Origin: Octopus vulgaris
Lineage: Eukaryota
NCBI GenBank assembly: GCA_951406725.2
Contig: OX597814.1
Coordinates: 87,110,001 to 87,174,000, forward strand
Reading direction: 5' to 3'
Length of the DNA stretch: 64,000 bases
How positions within the stretch are numbered: the first letter of the stretch is position 1; every line of letters starts with the position of its first letter. This document shows, one piece after another, positions 51,190-64,000 of the stretch. The position numbers and the translations under genes were made by a program. A model generated the notes under the pieces. It was given only the letters and a program-made list of their open reading frames with translations, was not told where the DNA came from and searched no databases.

Positions 51190-51447
51190 GTATATGACTT
51201 ACAGTATGCTTCCCCGGCCACTGTTTCTCGCTGTGGGATGGTTTATGTTGACCCGAAAAACTTAGGCTATCAACCCTTTTGGGATAGATGGCTGAATGCT
51301 CAGACCAATAAGTTTATGAGAGATGAGTTCAGGCAGCTTTATGTAAAATATGTTAATGCTTGTATTGAGCTAGTCATTGAAGGACTATCAAGTGGAAAAC
51401 CTGTGGAAAGACTGAAAACTATCCTTCCTCAGACAAATCTTAATATG
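51190..51447 (+). CDS. DNAH10: DNAH10 exon w25
   Basis: ttatag|GTA...ATG|gtaaa; [24 protein letters not shown]. Confidence 0.96.
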
Positions 51448-52589
51448 GTAAAATTTCTTTTTCTTTTTCTGTTTACATAGCTTATCTTTGTGTTCCACTG
51501 TCAACAGTGAGCCAGACTAGTTAGGTCATGATATCTTGTTTGATCTTCCATTATCCTACCAAAATTGACTACTTACATCTAGTAGCAGTAATATACTGTA
51601 GAGTCAATATCCCTTTTCCAGTGAAATTCTCCTCGTACCTACTTGTAAGAAATCACTATATTTTAAATGGTTTATAAATTAGTGAATTAGGCCAGATACT
51701 TAAGAAGTGTCTTAAATTTGGTGCCTCAAAGTTTTGAATTTAAGTCTGTAAAATATATAAAATAAAATCTTGTAGAATTGTGTTGAGTCCTTAAGTTAGC
51801 TATTCTACTTGCTTCAATTTATCTATCTAGTTGAAAATCAATAGCTATTTTCCATTGCATTAATTGCTGTTAAGAAGAGTACCCATTTGTAACTGTTTGT
51901 TTTCAAAATTGATGTAAATGTAGTGTTCAAATTCCAATGATAGACCGCAAAATATTCTTTAATATCATTTTGTTACATTCCATTCGATCTAAATATATTC
52001 TATTGCTGATCATAATGAACTTAAACTTTTGTATTTATTAAGAAGACCCCCCCCCCATTTAACTAATTTTTATTATATCTATTTACATTCTGTTGGTAAA
52101 AGTCCTTTCTCTACATGAATAATGATCATCTTAGAATGGCACTAAAATGTATCATTCAGTTTTCCTGAAATTGACTCCTCATTTACAGCAAACCAAATTG
52201 TATGTAAAAAACCATAGTATCTTATTGAAAACTTCAGTGTAGTGACCAATTAATCTTAGATCTGAACTTTGAACCACTGTAATTCATTTGCTGTGAGGCA
52301 ATCAATAACATCTTCCTTGAGTGTTAAGTTCAAAGCAATTATTACATAAGACCTGGAATATGAAAGTTTTAATTATGAAAGATTTTAATGTAACACTTCC
52401 CTTGCTGCTATGAGTCTTACTTCTTGATTATATATTCTGATAGCTAAATGTAGCAGGCATAGAGGAAGTAAATATCTTTACTTTAATGCCAATGATGTCA
52501 TATGAACTGTTACATGTTTGATCAGTTACAAAATATACAAAACATTATCCACCTAAGGCAGTGCACCATGTTATCATAAGTATTCTTTT

Positions 52590-52830
52590 TTTTTTATTCT
52601 TTTTATTCTTTTACTTATTTCAGTCATTTGACTGTGACCATACTGGAACACCATCTTAAAGGGTTTTTTTAGTTGAAGAAATTGACCCCAGGACTTATTC
52701 TTTGTAAGCCTAGTACTTAATCTATCATTCTCTTTTGCTGAACCACTAGGTTGCAGGGATGTAAACCAGCATCAGTTGTCAAGTGTGATAGTGGCTGGAC
52801 AAACACCGACACAAAGCCACATACACATAA

Positions 52831-52871
<41 letters not shown>

Positions 52872-53048
52872 AACACATATATAATATATATATATTTGAT
52901 GGACTTCTTTCAGTTTCCATCAACCAAATCCACTCACAAGGATTTGTAGAAGACACTTACCCTCCCCCCACCCCAAGATACCACGCCGTGGGACTGAACC
53001 AGGAACAATGTGGTTGGGAAGCAAATTTCTTACCACACAGCCACACCT
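52590..53048 (-). mobile_element. tRNA-derived SINE (family A, copy 5)
   Basis: Similarity to the other copies; head ends ~60 nt before the exon w26 acceptor. Confidence 0.85.
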
Positions 53049-53110
53049 TAAAAAAAGTATGACTTGAAAAAATTATTGAGTTGCTGACTTTATGACTTAT
53101 CTTTTTATAG

Positions 53111-53312
53111 GTCAAACAATTGACGAAATTGCTTGATGCTCTCATAACTGAGGAAGTACTTAATACTGATGTTTTGGAAGCTTACTTTTTGTTAGCATTG
53201 TATTGGTCACTTGGTGCTTGCGTTATTGATGATCACAGACCAAGGTTTGATGATTTTGTAAAAGGTGTTGCTTCTTTACCATGTTCTTCAAACGGTGATT
53301 CGGCAGAAGCAG
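53111..53312 (+). CDS. DNAH10: DNAH10 exon w26
   Basis: ttatag|GTC...GCAG|gtaag; LALYWSLGA...RPRFDDFVK. Confidence 0.94.
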
Positions 53313-53789
53313 GTAAGAGGATTTCTTTTAATATTTTGTAATTTCAAGAAGAGATAAGAACTGTATTAGCTGTGAAAATGGGAAAACTGCATAAGGATGT
53401 TAGATTTGATATTAGTCTAATGTTTGCTAAGTAGTAGTTGCAGAAACAAATAGACAAGGAAATAGTTTCAGGGATACGCAGTTCTGGGAAAGAATAATTT
53501 GTTAATATTAAGTATAGGGTTTTAGAGAGAAATTCAGAAAGATAGCCATTCCAAACCAGTTCAATAATTAAAAATAGCATTCAGCAAGTAGTTTAAGTGG
53601 TAAGGAACCATTGAAATAGCTGTAGTAGAAGTAAAATAATGGCATGTTTTGATTGGTAACTATTTATTGAAAGTAGGTCTTTATGTGTCACAACACTACT
53701 GGTAAAAATATTTCTTAATCATGCACATACCTTCTTTTGATAATAGACTGTTATATAGTGAAAGTTTAGTTTGTACTATAATGATAACA

Positions 53790-53893
53790 ACCTACCTACC
53801 TACCTACCTACCTACCTACCTACCTACCTACCTACCTACCTACCTACCTATCTATCTATCTATCTATCTATCACACACACACACACACACACA
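53790..53893. repeat. (CCTA)n-(TCTA)n-(CA)n microsatellite
   Basis: Seen directly. Confidence 0.95.
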
Positions 53894-54328
53894 TTCTCTG
53901 TTTCTTTCTCTCTCACTGTATTTCTCTCTTAACACTAACAACAACAACAATGGCAACTTGTCATTATAGTGAAAATCTTTCCTTAAAGTATGTGTTGCAC
54001 TGTTTCTATGTTGAAAGTCATATAGAAACACACAGATGCACACACTCAAATGACTGAAAGAGTAATTAGCTATATTGTTATATAGTGCCAGTTAGTTTCT
54101 CTTTTTTGAAGCTGTGTTGCATTGTATTGCATTGTCTCTATGTTAAAAGACATACAGAAACACAGACACACACACAATAAAAAAAAATAACTACCTACAT
54201 TGTTATAGAATGAAATCCTTTTTTTTTGAAACTGTATTATGTTGTGTTGACAGACTTGCATTTAAAATTCCCATGTTTTTAATCAAAGCTTATTAGTTAC
54301 TATGGTGACAACACTACCTATCTATCTA

Positions 54329-54372
<44 letters not shown>

Positions 54373-54633
54373 TATTTCTTTCTCAACAAAAACATTTTCT
54401 CCTCCCCTTCTAAAACTACATTAGCATTACTTCCCTTCTTTCCCTCCCTCTAATAGATGTTGTGGCAGACAGACAGATAAAAATCTACTTCTCTTTCATA
54501 AAATAAGATGTTCAGGAATGTAAAGAGAGATGAAGAATTCATTGTCAGTAAATTCTGACTATATTTTTGAGCTCTTCAAATTTCACTTTTCTGAACAATG
54601 GCTTGTCTAAAATGTCACTGTTAATCTTTACAG

Positions 54634-54911
54634 GAGAAATCCCAGAGTCAGAAAGTACTTTATATGAATATTTCTTTGATCCTGAGAAACGAAAATGGAT
54701 CCCTTGGTCCAAGAAAGTACCCCAGTACATTCATAACCCAATGGTAAAATTTAGGGAAATATTGGTGCCTACTGTTGATACTGTCCGCTGTACTTGGTTG
54801 CTTCAGCTGATGGTGGATATCAAACAACCAGTAGTTCTTGTTGGAGAGACAGGTACATCAAAAACTGCAAGCATATCAAACTTTCTGAGGTCCCTAGATA
54901 CTGACACCCAC
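54634..54911 (+). CDS. DNAH10: DNAH10 exon w27 (AAA3 Walker A)
   Basis: ttacag|GA...CAC|gtgag; ILVPTVDTVR...PVVLVGETGTSKT. Confidence 0.96.
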
Positions 54912-55939
54912 GTGAGTAACAGATGTTTTTCAAATATCTTCCTCCCCCTCATCATTATTAACGTTTTTGTTAACATTAAAGTATGATAGATACAACAATA
55001 ACGATTGGTGACTTTCTTTGTTGTTGTGTGTGCCAGTTAACGAAGGACTGTTATTGATGGCAAGATGCTGTGAGCACAGGGATAAGGTGGGGCTGGGGGA
55101 ACCTGGATGTAAAATTGTGATGATGGTGATGGCTAGTAGCACCAAACAGAAATGCTTGATCATAATTCTCTTCATCTTCTTGAGAATTTTGGCAAAGACA
55201 AATACAGACAATGACTACCAACACTGCTACCATTATCACTACCACTATTTGCATTGTCATATTATTATTATCACTATCAACAGATATCAGAAAATGTAAA
55301 GCATCAGGTTCAATGTAATTCAGTAGTTAGTTTCATTACTTTTTTGTGGTGAGTTCAAATGTTACAATTCATTCTTCTGGAGTTGTAAGATAAGTACAAG
55401 TAATATACTATATTTTTCTATTGCTTAGGGAAAAGAGGAAGAGGGGGATGATGATGATGGTGGTGGTGGTAGTGGTGGTGATGATAATGATGATGATGAT
55501 GAGGGGTAGGGGAGGGGAGGAGGAGTGTCTTCTACCTATGCAGACCCTCCCACACAAATAAGAAAAAATATAGTTGATATTCAGACTGGAATTCTGTAGC
55601 TTTGTATTTGCAGGAAAATTTTAGTTGGAGATAGGTTCTAGAGAAGTGAAGTTCTGAGGAGTCAGATTGTGGGAGGTGTTTAAATGTGGAATTTGTGATG
55701 TGTAGGAGAAAAGAAGGGGAAGTGATATGCAGGTTGTTAGTTCAAAGGATTAAAATCCATTATAGTTGTGGAAGAAGAGACATATAAAAGAAAAAGAATG
55801 TTTGTGAACTAGCAACTGTGCAGTGTTGGTGAGTAAATCTTTGTCAATTAGGGAATCTTTTTTTGAGGATGCATCTTTGGATGTTGGTATGTTGGCCACT
55901 GTCCCAGAACAGTACTCTAATGTAACTCCTACTTGTGCT

Positions 55940-56127
55940 TTGTGGGAGGGAGCTAGTTGATTACATCCCTGAAGTGCTTACCAGCACTTATTTTATTAAC
56001 CCTGAAAGGATGAAAGGCAAAGTAGACCTTAATAGAATTTGAACTTAGAACATAAAACCAGAGGAAATGCCACCAAGCATTTTGTGTGGCATGCTAACAG
56101 CAATTTTGCTAGCTTGCTGCCTTGGAT

Positions 56128-56196
<69 letters not shown>

Positions 56197-56430
56197 CAGC
56201 AGCAGCAGCAGCAGTAGTAGTTGTAATGGTTTCAAATTTTGGCACAAGGCCAGTAAGTTCAAGGGTGAGGTTAAGTCGATTACATTGACCCCAGTCCTCA
56301 ATTGGTACTTATTTTATTAACCCTGAAAAGATGAAAGACAAAGTCGACCTCAGCAGAATTTGAACTCAGAACATAAAGACAGACGAAATGCTCCTAAGCA
56401 TTATGCTTGGTGTGCCAGGCTTGCCATCTT
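55940..56430 (-). mobile_element. Two tandem Nin/Deu-domain SINEs separated by (AGT)n/(AGC)n (56128-56220)
   Basis: Repeated acttattttattaaccctgaaa.gatgaaag.caaagt.gacct. Confidence 0.85.
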
Positions 56431-56762
56431 AGTAGTTGTAGTAGTAATAATTATTATTATTATTATTATTAACAAAAAGTTTTTGGGATGGAGAGAGGGA
56501 AGCTAGCTGTTGTGGTTGTTTGTTCATGTACAAAATTTGAGCCTTAACTAACATACCATCCTATCATTTTACATATTTATTCTATTTCCAATGTGACCTT
56601 AATTTCTTTTTTAAGAGTAGAGTATGATTTAAGCACAGTTTGGCTGCTATCTGTAGTAGGTCAAGCAACAGTAATTAGGCCTCCTCATGGTCATGATGGT
56701 AGTGGTTGTAAAAGATGATATAAGGTGTTTGCAAACTATCTTCCATTCATATCTTTTTTCAG

Positions 56763-56915
56763 TTGTTGCTAAATATGAACTTCTCTAGTCGCACCACATC
56801 CCTTGATGTACAAAGGAACCTGGAAGCAAATGTGGAAAAACGGACTAAGGATACATATGGCCCTCCTCCAGGCAAACGACTCTTGATTTTCATTGATGAT
56901 ATGAACATGCCACAA
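56763..56915 (+). CDS. DNAH10: DNAH10 exon w28 (AAA3 Walker B)
   Basis: tttcag|TTG...CAA|gtaag; NFSSRTTS...YGPPPGKRLLIFIDDMNMPQ. Confidence 0.97.
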
Positions 56916-57463
56916 GTAAGATGTTCTCTAGTTTTCAATTTTGAATTTGGATTTTATTTTAGGTTTCTACATATGTTAATGCATGTAATAGGTACATAAG
57001 ACATATAGTGGCAATACAGATGTGATAGATGCCTAGGTGTACTTAGCATGTATTTGTGTTCATGTGTTGGAGTGACAAGGACCATCTAGTCATCCTTGAG
57101 GATGACTGATGACTTGTGCAATGACTTTTTTTAAAGTGAAGAGTTGTGCACTGTCAACCTTACTCTTTCAACCATGACCATCTTCAATCCAGTGGCAAGA
57201 TCAGGTCAAGATAATTAGGGATGCAGACATATGCAGTAAATGACCAAAATGTTTTACATGCCTCATATTGCTCTCTGCATTTCACAATGTGTTGCTGCAA
57301 TTGCCTTCCCTCTGTTGAGCCATGAAGGTTTGTCTACCTATGCATGTGAAAACTGGATCCATTGGATTAAGCCTTCACATGCATAAGTAGGCAAGTCCCA
57401 ATATGCTAATTGACCCATAGCTGGGACCCTGACAGGTGCTACTACTCCAGGTCAAACTAGACC

Positions 57464-57514
<51 letters not shown>

Positions 57515-58670
57515 GTGTGTTTTACTGTCTCCTCACCTTGACATCAGATAATAGTTGTAAGCGAGTGTCACTGTCATGCAGGAGGTGTTCTTTGTTTCCA
57601 GTTTTCCAGGTAATCATGTGTGGGTATGGTGAAATATTACCTTGCATGGAAACAGGTGAAGGTTGGCAACAGGAAGTGAATCCAGCTGTACAAAATGTCC
57701 GATCCATGTGAGCATGGAAAAATGGTTGTTTTATATTCATGTAATTTGTAGATGATGATATTTTCAACTGAGATTTTACAACTGTGAATTAGTTATGTGT
57801 ATGTACATATATTTACTCAGTTGCTGCCATTTATCCTTGACCATTCCTTTGTGTTGATGTGCCATTTTTTATCACTAATAAAACTGTTGGTATTTTTGAC
57901 GACACAGATATGCTAGTGGAATATGATGAAAAAGATTTATAATCATTCACCCATGGTAGTAGTTGAATAATATTCTTAAGGTTGCAATTTACTCATATGC
58001 AACATTTTTCAGAGCTTGTCACTAATTCAGTTCTTAACCAAATTGAAAACTGTTAACACTTTTGAAGAAGACAGTTCCTTAGCTACATTTTGGCATAAAA
58101 AAATTGAGATTTGGTCCAGTAGAAAAAAGTTTACATCAAACTTTGTAGCGACATTATAGGAGAGTAAGTAATGCCTCCAATCAAGTTTAGATCGTTAAAT
58201 AACATTTTTATTTTAAAAGCAAAATATATTTATCTTAGCTTCAATGATAGAAGAAAGCATGAGGAATTTTACAGTTTTGGTCCCATACAACAAAAATCTA
58301 TATCAAAAGAGTTGTGAAGTAAAATATCATGAAAAAATTATAAGGCAAAAAATTACATTTAAGTATAATTAACTTTTTTATTTTAAAAGCAAACTATATT
58401 TTAATTAAGCTTAAATGATAGAGCTCAATTCAAAGAATTTCATGGTATCAATCTCATGCGATAAAATTTTAAAAGAAAAAAGTTACGAGTGTTTGTTTCT
58501 GAAATTTGAGAGTGATAATATAGTTCTATACTTTTTTATGAATATAGTTCTATAAGGGGATTTTTAATATATGTCACTGGCATCATAAGGAAAAAAATTA
58601 TCAACGACACCACTAATTGACACATTATTAATTAACATAATAGTATAGCCTGGAAAAAACACATGGATTA

Positions 58671-59549
58671 CATGGAAAGATGCAAGCAAGAGAAATGATA
58701 TTCTTAAGATTATAAACCTCGAAAAATACAGGACAAGTTATTACATTTGGAAAAGTTTAGGACAAGTTATTACATCTGGTAAAATACAGAACAAGAAGAC
58801 TTTTTCTTAAAATATTGCAGCTAAAGATAAAATTTGAATATTAAAAATTATTTGATTTTAATTTACTAAGTAACATTATAATTAAGAAAGGTATCATTTT
58901 GTTAAAATATTGACACACAAGAATACTTAAAAAATGAGAGCCAGAAGTACCAATATAGCTAAGGTTTTATGCAAAATAGAATAGTATATAAGGCAGGCAA
59001 ATTCATTATGTAAAAAACAGGCATTGGGTCAAGACTAAAAATGTGAAGACATGGCAATAACTCAGGCAATAACTCAAGCAAGTTTTACTGTGAATTTGTT
59101 GTTATAGATAGATTTTACTGTAATATATAACTAATTTTTGTTTTATTCTATTTATTATACTAACTAATTATGTACTACTATTATTTTTTATAACTTATTT
59201 TCAAATTTCTAATTATTAATTAATAATTTAAAAAAATAATTTTTTAAAGTGCAAAAAATATTTTCAGTTATTTTTTGATTTTGAATAGAAGTAACAAGTA
59301 ATAACAAATAGAAGTAATAACTTGTAATAAAATTTTTAGTTTTAATAAAAGCTAATATTTTCTAAATCTAAATATTTTATTTGAAATTTTATATTTAGCT
59401 GTAATATCTTAAGTAAAAAATTTTCTCGTTCTGTACTTTACCAGATGTAATAACTTGTCCTGAACTTTTCCAAGTGTAATAACCTGTCCTGTACTTTTCC
59501 AGGTTTATAATCTTAAGAATATTATTTCTCTTGCTTGCATTTTTCCATG
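58671..59549. mobile_element. Long-TIR foldback-like MITE, TA-flanked
   Basis: ~180-bp TIRs (catggaaagatgcaagcaagagaaat... / ...atttctcttgcttgcatttttccatg) with 29-nt internal subrepeats. Confidence 0.85.
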
Positions 59550-59640
59550 TAATTAAAATATCAATAGTTTAGACAAAAGATAGAGCACTGTTAGAGATTT
59601 AATAAATAATTTAATTTACATCTGTCTTACTATTTTATAG

Positions 59641-59966
59641 GTAGATACCTATGGTACACAGCAACCCATAGCTCTGTTAAAGCTTCTCCTTGAAAAAGGA
59701 GGAGTGTATGACAGAGGAAAAGATTTGAACTGGAAACAGATGAAAGATATTGGATATATTGCTGCTATGGGTAAAGCTGGAGGTGGACGCAATGAAACTG
59801 ACCCTCGATTTGTGTCTTTATTCACTTCTTTTAATATGACTTTCCCGTCTGAAGAATCATTGTATGGGATATATAACTCAATCTTAAAGGGTCATGTGAA
59901 GCCATTCTCTCCAGAGATACATGAAGCTTCAGTTCCTGTAACAAAGATGACATTGGCTTTGTACAA
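59641..59966 (+). CDS. DNAH10: DNAH10 exon w29
   Basis: ttatag|GTA...AA|gtaag; VDTYGTQQPIALLKLL...AAMGKAGGGRNETDPRF. Confidence 0.96.
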
Positions 59967-60366
59967 GTAAGCTTCTTTTTTTCCCACTTTTATAAATGAC
60001 ATTATTTTTTTGGAATATTGGTTTGTGAAGTTCATTACATATAGCTATAAGAATAGCATGTAAATATTGGGTTGAGAAAGCTTTTGGATAGCCTTTATCT
60101 TTTTCCATCCCCAAAAGTTTTCAACCCAGTTTTACATACTATTCTTTATAGCTGCATGTGATGAGCTTCAAGAACCACTATGCCAATAAAGAATTATTGC
60201 ACATTCTCTTGAAAGGTTATAAAATTCTTTTGGTGTTAAATGACATTATATTTCTCCTAACACTACCCAACTGTTATTGCATATCATTATGGATAATGGT
60301 GCTTGTTATGTATGCATCTTTTATCTTTTACTTGATTCAGTCATTTGATGTTTATTGGGAGTTACA

Positions 60367-61120
60367 TGTATGGATCAAAATAATTTGATTCAAACTCCTT
60401 AGTACTCTGAGTTTCAAGCATGTGGCTAGTCTTCAGCCATTGAGTCTGAATGAGAGTTTGATTAAAGAGAATCAATGTTTACTGCTGGATGTTAACCTGC
60501 AATTGATTGAGAAAGATCATGCAGTGTCGCAGTTTGATGTTGGTATTTGAGTGACAACAATTACTTGGAAAATACTGAATGGTGAACAGGAAATCGACCA
60601 CATGGTCAACAGGTAAGTGGTTGTGTGGTTGGAGGTAAGTAGGAAGGGGCAGTGGATGTGGGAGTATATATGTGTATATATGTGTACATGTATTTGCCCA
60701 TATACCTGCGTGTATGCATCCGTACTTATATGAGTGTGTATGTGTGCTTAGATATACATTCACACATGTGCAGGCATATGCACACACACACACACACACA
60801 CAAATGCATGCATATGCACACACACACGTATGCATGCACACTTCTGTCTCCATGTGTACATGCACATGAGCACATGCACATTCACATGCATACATGTACT
60901 CAAGCATATGCGTATGCATGCATACCTACTTGAGTGGTTATGCACAAAGGATGAGAGTATGCAGGTAGACAGGCATGTAGAAGTGTTTGGGATTGGTGAT
61001 TTGTGGTGCTGTTGATGGAAGTTTGCTTGTGATGGTGACCTTGGTGCAGGTGGTGCTGGGGATATACCTCCTTAATACCAGTGTGTGCGTTTGTGTGTGT
61101 GTGTATGTGTGTGTGTGTAT

Positions 61121-61159
<39 letters not shown>

Positions 61160-61537
61160 TGTGTGTGTGAGTGTACATCTATGCACATACACACTCATAT
61201 ATGTACAGATGCATACACATAGATATATGGGCATATACATGTACACACATATACTCCCACATCTATCACCCCTTCCCCCAACCATGTGACCAATTTCCTG
61301 TCCACCACATGGTCAATTTTCTGTTTACCATGCGGTATTTTCCAAGTAATTGTTGTCACTAAAATACCAACTGTGACACTGTGGGACTTTTTTCAACTAA
61401 TCACAGGCTAACATCCAGTAGTAAACATTGACTCTCTTTAATCAAATTCCCATTCAGACCCCATGGCTGAAGACTAGCGACACACTTGAAACTCAGAGTA
61501 CCAAGGAGTTTGAATCAAACTACTTTGATCCATATAT
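60367..61537. repeat. Long inverted repeat (arms ~60367-60775 and ~61165-61537)
   Basis: tttgattcaaactcctt / aaggagtttgaatcaaa; agtgacaacaattacttggaaaatac / gtattttccaagtaattgttgtcact. Confidence 0.92.
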
Positions 61538-61710
61538 ATGAAAGACTACTGAATGTGGAGAATGATTGGGAGGAGGAGAGCCTGCCAAATGTTGACGCAG
61601 TAGAGAGGCCAGGTATCCGAGAGGCCAGCACCCTGGTAGATAAAGCAATTAAAGGTATGAAGCCAGGAAAAGCCCCTGGCCCATCAGGAATCACTGCTGA
61701 GATGCTTAAA
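61537..61710 (+). mobile_element. Internal RTE LINE fragment
   Basis: YERLLNVENDWEEESLPNVD...MKPGKAPGPSGITAEMLK, parallel to 26660-26840. Confidence 0.88.
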
Positions 61711-61861
61711 ACAACAACTCACTTCCTTCACCAAGCGTCATATTAATACATTGCTTTTGCTATGTCCTCATGTTCGTTTATTTTTTCTTTTTCTTTTGAG
61801 ACTTAGCATCCTAAATTTGCCCCTTCTTTCCCATATTTCTACATTTTACACACATATTCAG

Positions 61862-62023
61862 ATAGCGTAACTTAGCGGTTCACCAAAAGAGACTGATAGA
61901 ATAAGTACTAGGCTTACAAAGAATAAGTCCTGGGGGTCGATTTGCTCGACTAAAGGTGGTGCTCCAGCATGGCCACAGTCAAATGACTGAAACAAGTAAA
62001 AGAGTAAAAAGAGAGTAAAGAGT
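61862..62023 (+). mobile_element. SINE family A 3' half, sense orientation
   Basis: Reverse complement of the 39315-39480-type sequence. Confidence 0.88.
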
Positions 62024-62141
62024 ATAGCATACGTTTACAAATGTACAAACATAGAGATACACTAAATCCATAATGTTTATTTGTTATCTAAGTTTTTTAG
62101 TGTCTGGTAGTACAGTGCCATTTATTTCTTTCTTTTTATAG

Positions 62142-62349
62142 ATTTGTTGTCCAAGAATTACCTCCAACACCTTCAAAATTTCACTATATTTTTAATTTAC
62201 GAGATTTGTCAAGAGTTTATAATGGTCTGTGTCGAACAATGCCAGAACGCTTTTCTGAAACTCAACAATTTCTGCGGGTGTGGAGAAATGAATGTTTACG
62301 AGTTTTTGCTGATCGTTTGACCAATGAAAAAGACAAAAGTCTTGTACAA
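62142..62349 (+). CDS. DNAH10: DNAH10 exon w30 (AAA3 lid)
   Basis: ttatag|A...CAA|gtaag; LPPTPSKFHYIFNLRDLSRV...WRNECLRVFADRL. Confidence 0.96.
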
Positions 62350-63094
62350 GTAAGTTTATCTGTGAAATGTAGAGCATTATCTGTCACTCATGACTGACTT
62401 TAATTAATCCATTTAACCACTGTCATTTTGGTTCCTCTTTTTCATAAACTGACTTCAATCATCTTGCAATCATTTCAATGTTGATATTGAATACAGTAGT
62501 TATAGGAAAAAAAGAATACCAAAATATGGTCCCAAATGTGAAAGATACTACTAATCTACTGCTAGTAGCTTTTTGAAAATCACACATTTTTTATTGTAAC
62601 TACAAAAATAGAGGAAATATATATTATTTTGAACTTGTTGAATCTGGAATAAGGAGCAGGCTTTTTGCAATCTGTGAGTTTAATGTCATTAATGTTCCAC
62701 TTAAGCTATTACAAAAAAGACATAAACTGGGAGAGAGAGCATTCTAAAGGGACAGTATTCTGGAAATAAATGGTTAGTGTGAGGCCAATGGGATGAACAT
62801 ATCAAATGTAATAAGAGGTAGGAAGACAAGTGGGTTGTGAGTGCCTGAGTAGTTGAGGTATAAGACCAGCCAGCTATGAAGATTAGAGAACATTAAGAAG
62901 TGATAGGGAAAACAGAGAGAGAAGACAGCATGTTTGTGGACCAGAAGCTGGAGTGTATCTGATAGTGGAACAGAGTGCTTGTGGTTCAGAAGCTGAAATA
63001 TGCCAATTAGTGACTACAACTAAAATTTTTTAAAGCCTTTTTCTACTTTGTGGTATCAAAATGTTCTTGGACTAGTTATGTTCAATAAAAATTA

Positions 63095-64000
63095 ACTCGA
63101 GGCTAGAAGGATGCCAAGAAGCAGACCAATCCAGAAAAGAAGGATTTGGAAGCTAAAGAACCCTTCACATGGTCAGAGATTTAGGGACATCCTCACTGAG
63201 AAATTTGATGAGAAGCGAGGAGGAGCTACAGACTTCAGACACAGAGGGTAACTGGAAATTCCTATGCAACAGCTTACTGAATGCCACAGAACAAATCTGT
63301 GGCTGGTGCAAAGTCCCTTCCAGACCTAGAGTAATGTGGTGGTGGAATAATACGGTAGACAAGGCTATTAGAGCAAAGAAACAGGCCTGGAAGAGCGGGG
63401 GTAGCAGGGAACTGTACCAGACAACCCGAAGAGAGGCTGGGCAACAATTATACATAGACAAGGGAGAAGCAGAAAAGAAGAAGTTTGCCAATGTTCAGCA
63501 ATGTGAGGACCAATGAATTGAAGTATTTCCGATTGCAAGACAATGTGTGAAAGAAAATTGTGATGTCACAGGAGAGAAATGTGTCAGCATGGATGATAGT
63601 GCACTTGATTTTAATGATAAAGGCTGTTGAATGTAGAAAATGAATGAGAGGAGGAGAGCTTGTTAAATGTTGACCCAGTAGAGTTAAATGAATGGGAAGA
63701 GGAGAGCCTGTTAAATGTTGACCTGCTACCCGAATAGATAGCACCCTGGTAGATAAAGCAATTAAGGATATGAAGTCAGGAAAAGTTCCCAGCCCATCAA
63801 GAATCAATGCTGAGATGCTTAAAATATCGGGTGATGTGGGTCATGGCCTAATCACCTGTATTGTAAACCAGGTAGTTCACAAAGAAGTCATACCCAATGA
63901 CTGGCGTAGTAGCACCATAGTCAGCAGCTACAAGGGTAAAGGTGATACTTTAGACAGAAATAACTACAAGGGTATCAACTTCTGGATCAGGTGATGAAGG
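63095..64000 (+). mobile_element. Decayed RTE LINE fragment running off the window edge
   Basis: ATEQICGWCKVPSRPRVMWWWN...; VIPNDWRSS...NNYKGI; parallels 26110-27015 with stops and frameshifts. Confidence 0.92.

Noticed and set aside
60479-61362. Cluster of His/Cys/Thr/Val-rich ORFs
   Set aside because: Produced by CA/TG/TA dinucleotide-rich sequence in the inverted repeat

Overview
AT-rich, repeat-dense animal genomic DNA. The SINE/RTE-LINE/microsatellite landscape looks like an octopod cephalopod (inference). The whole window lies inside one + strand gene, the axonemal inner-arm dynein heavy chain DNAH10. I traced 30 consecutive GT-AG exons (88..62349; 5691 nt, 1897 codons by hand count) with matching phases and no stops seen, covering the distal tail, linker and AAA1-AAA3; start and stop lie outside the window. 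Introns hold a 5'-truncated RTE-clade LINE (25.7-29.1 kb) with a PHD finger inside its RT region, other RTE and Dong/R4 fragments, tRNA-derived and Nin-domain SINEs, a pogo derivative, mariner/hAT/piggyBac/pogo MITEs, a non-autonomous Helitron and several long inverted repeats. The most unusual object is a TSD-flanked inverted element at 12.29-12.83 kb combining a tRNA B-box-like stub, a (TAA)n tract and a Penelope-type minimal hammerhead ribozyme motif. All coordinates were counted by hand; no database search was run.
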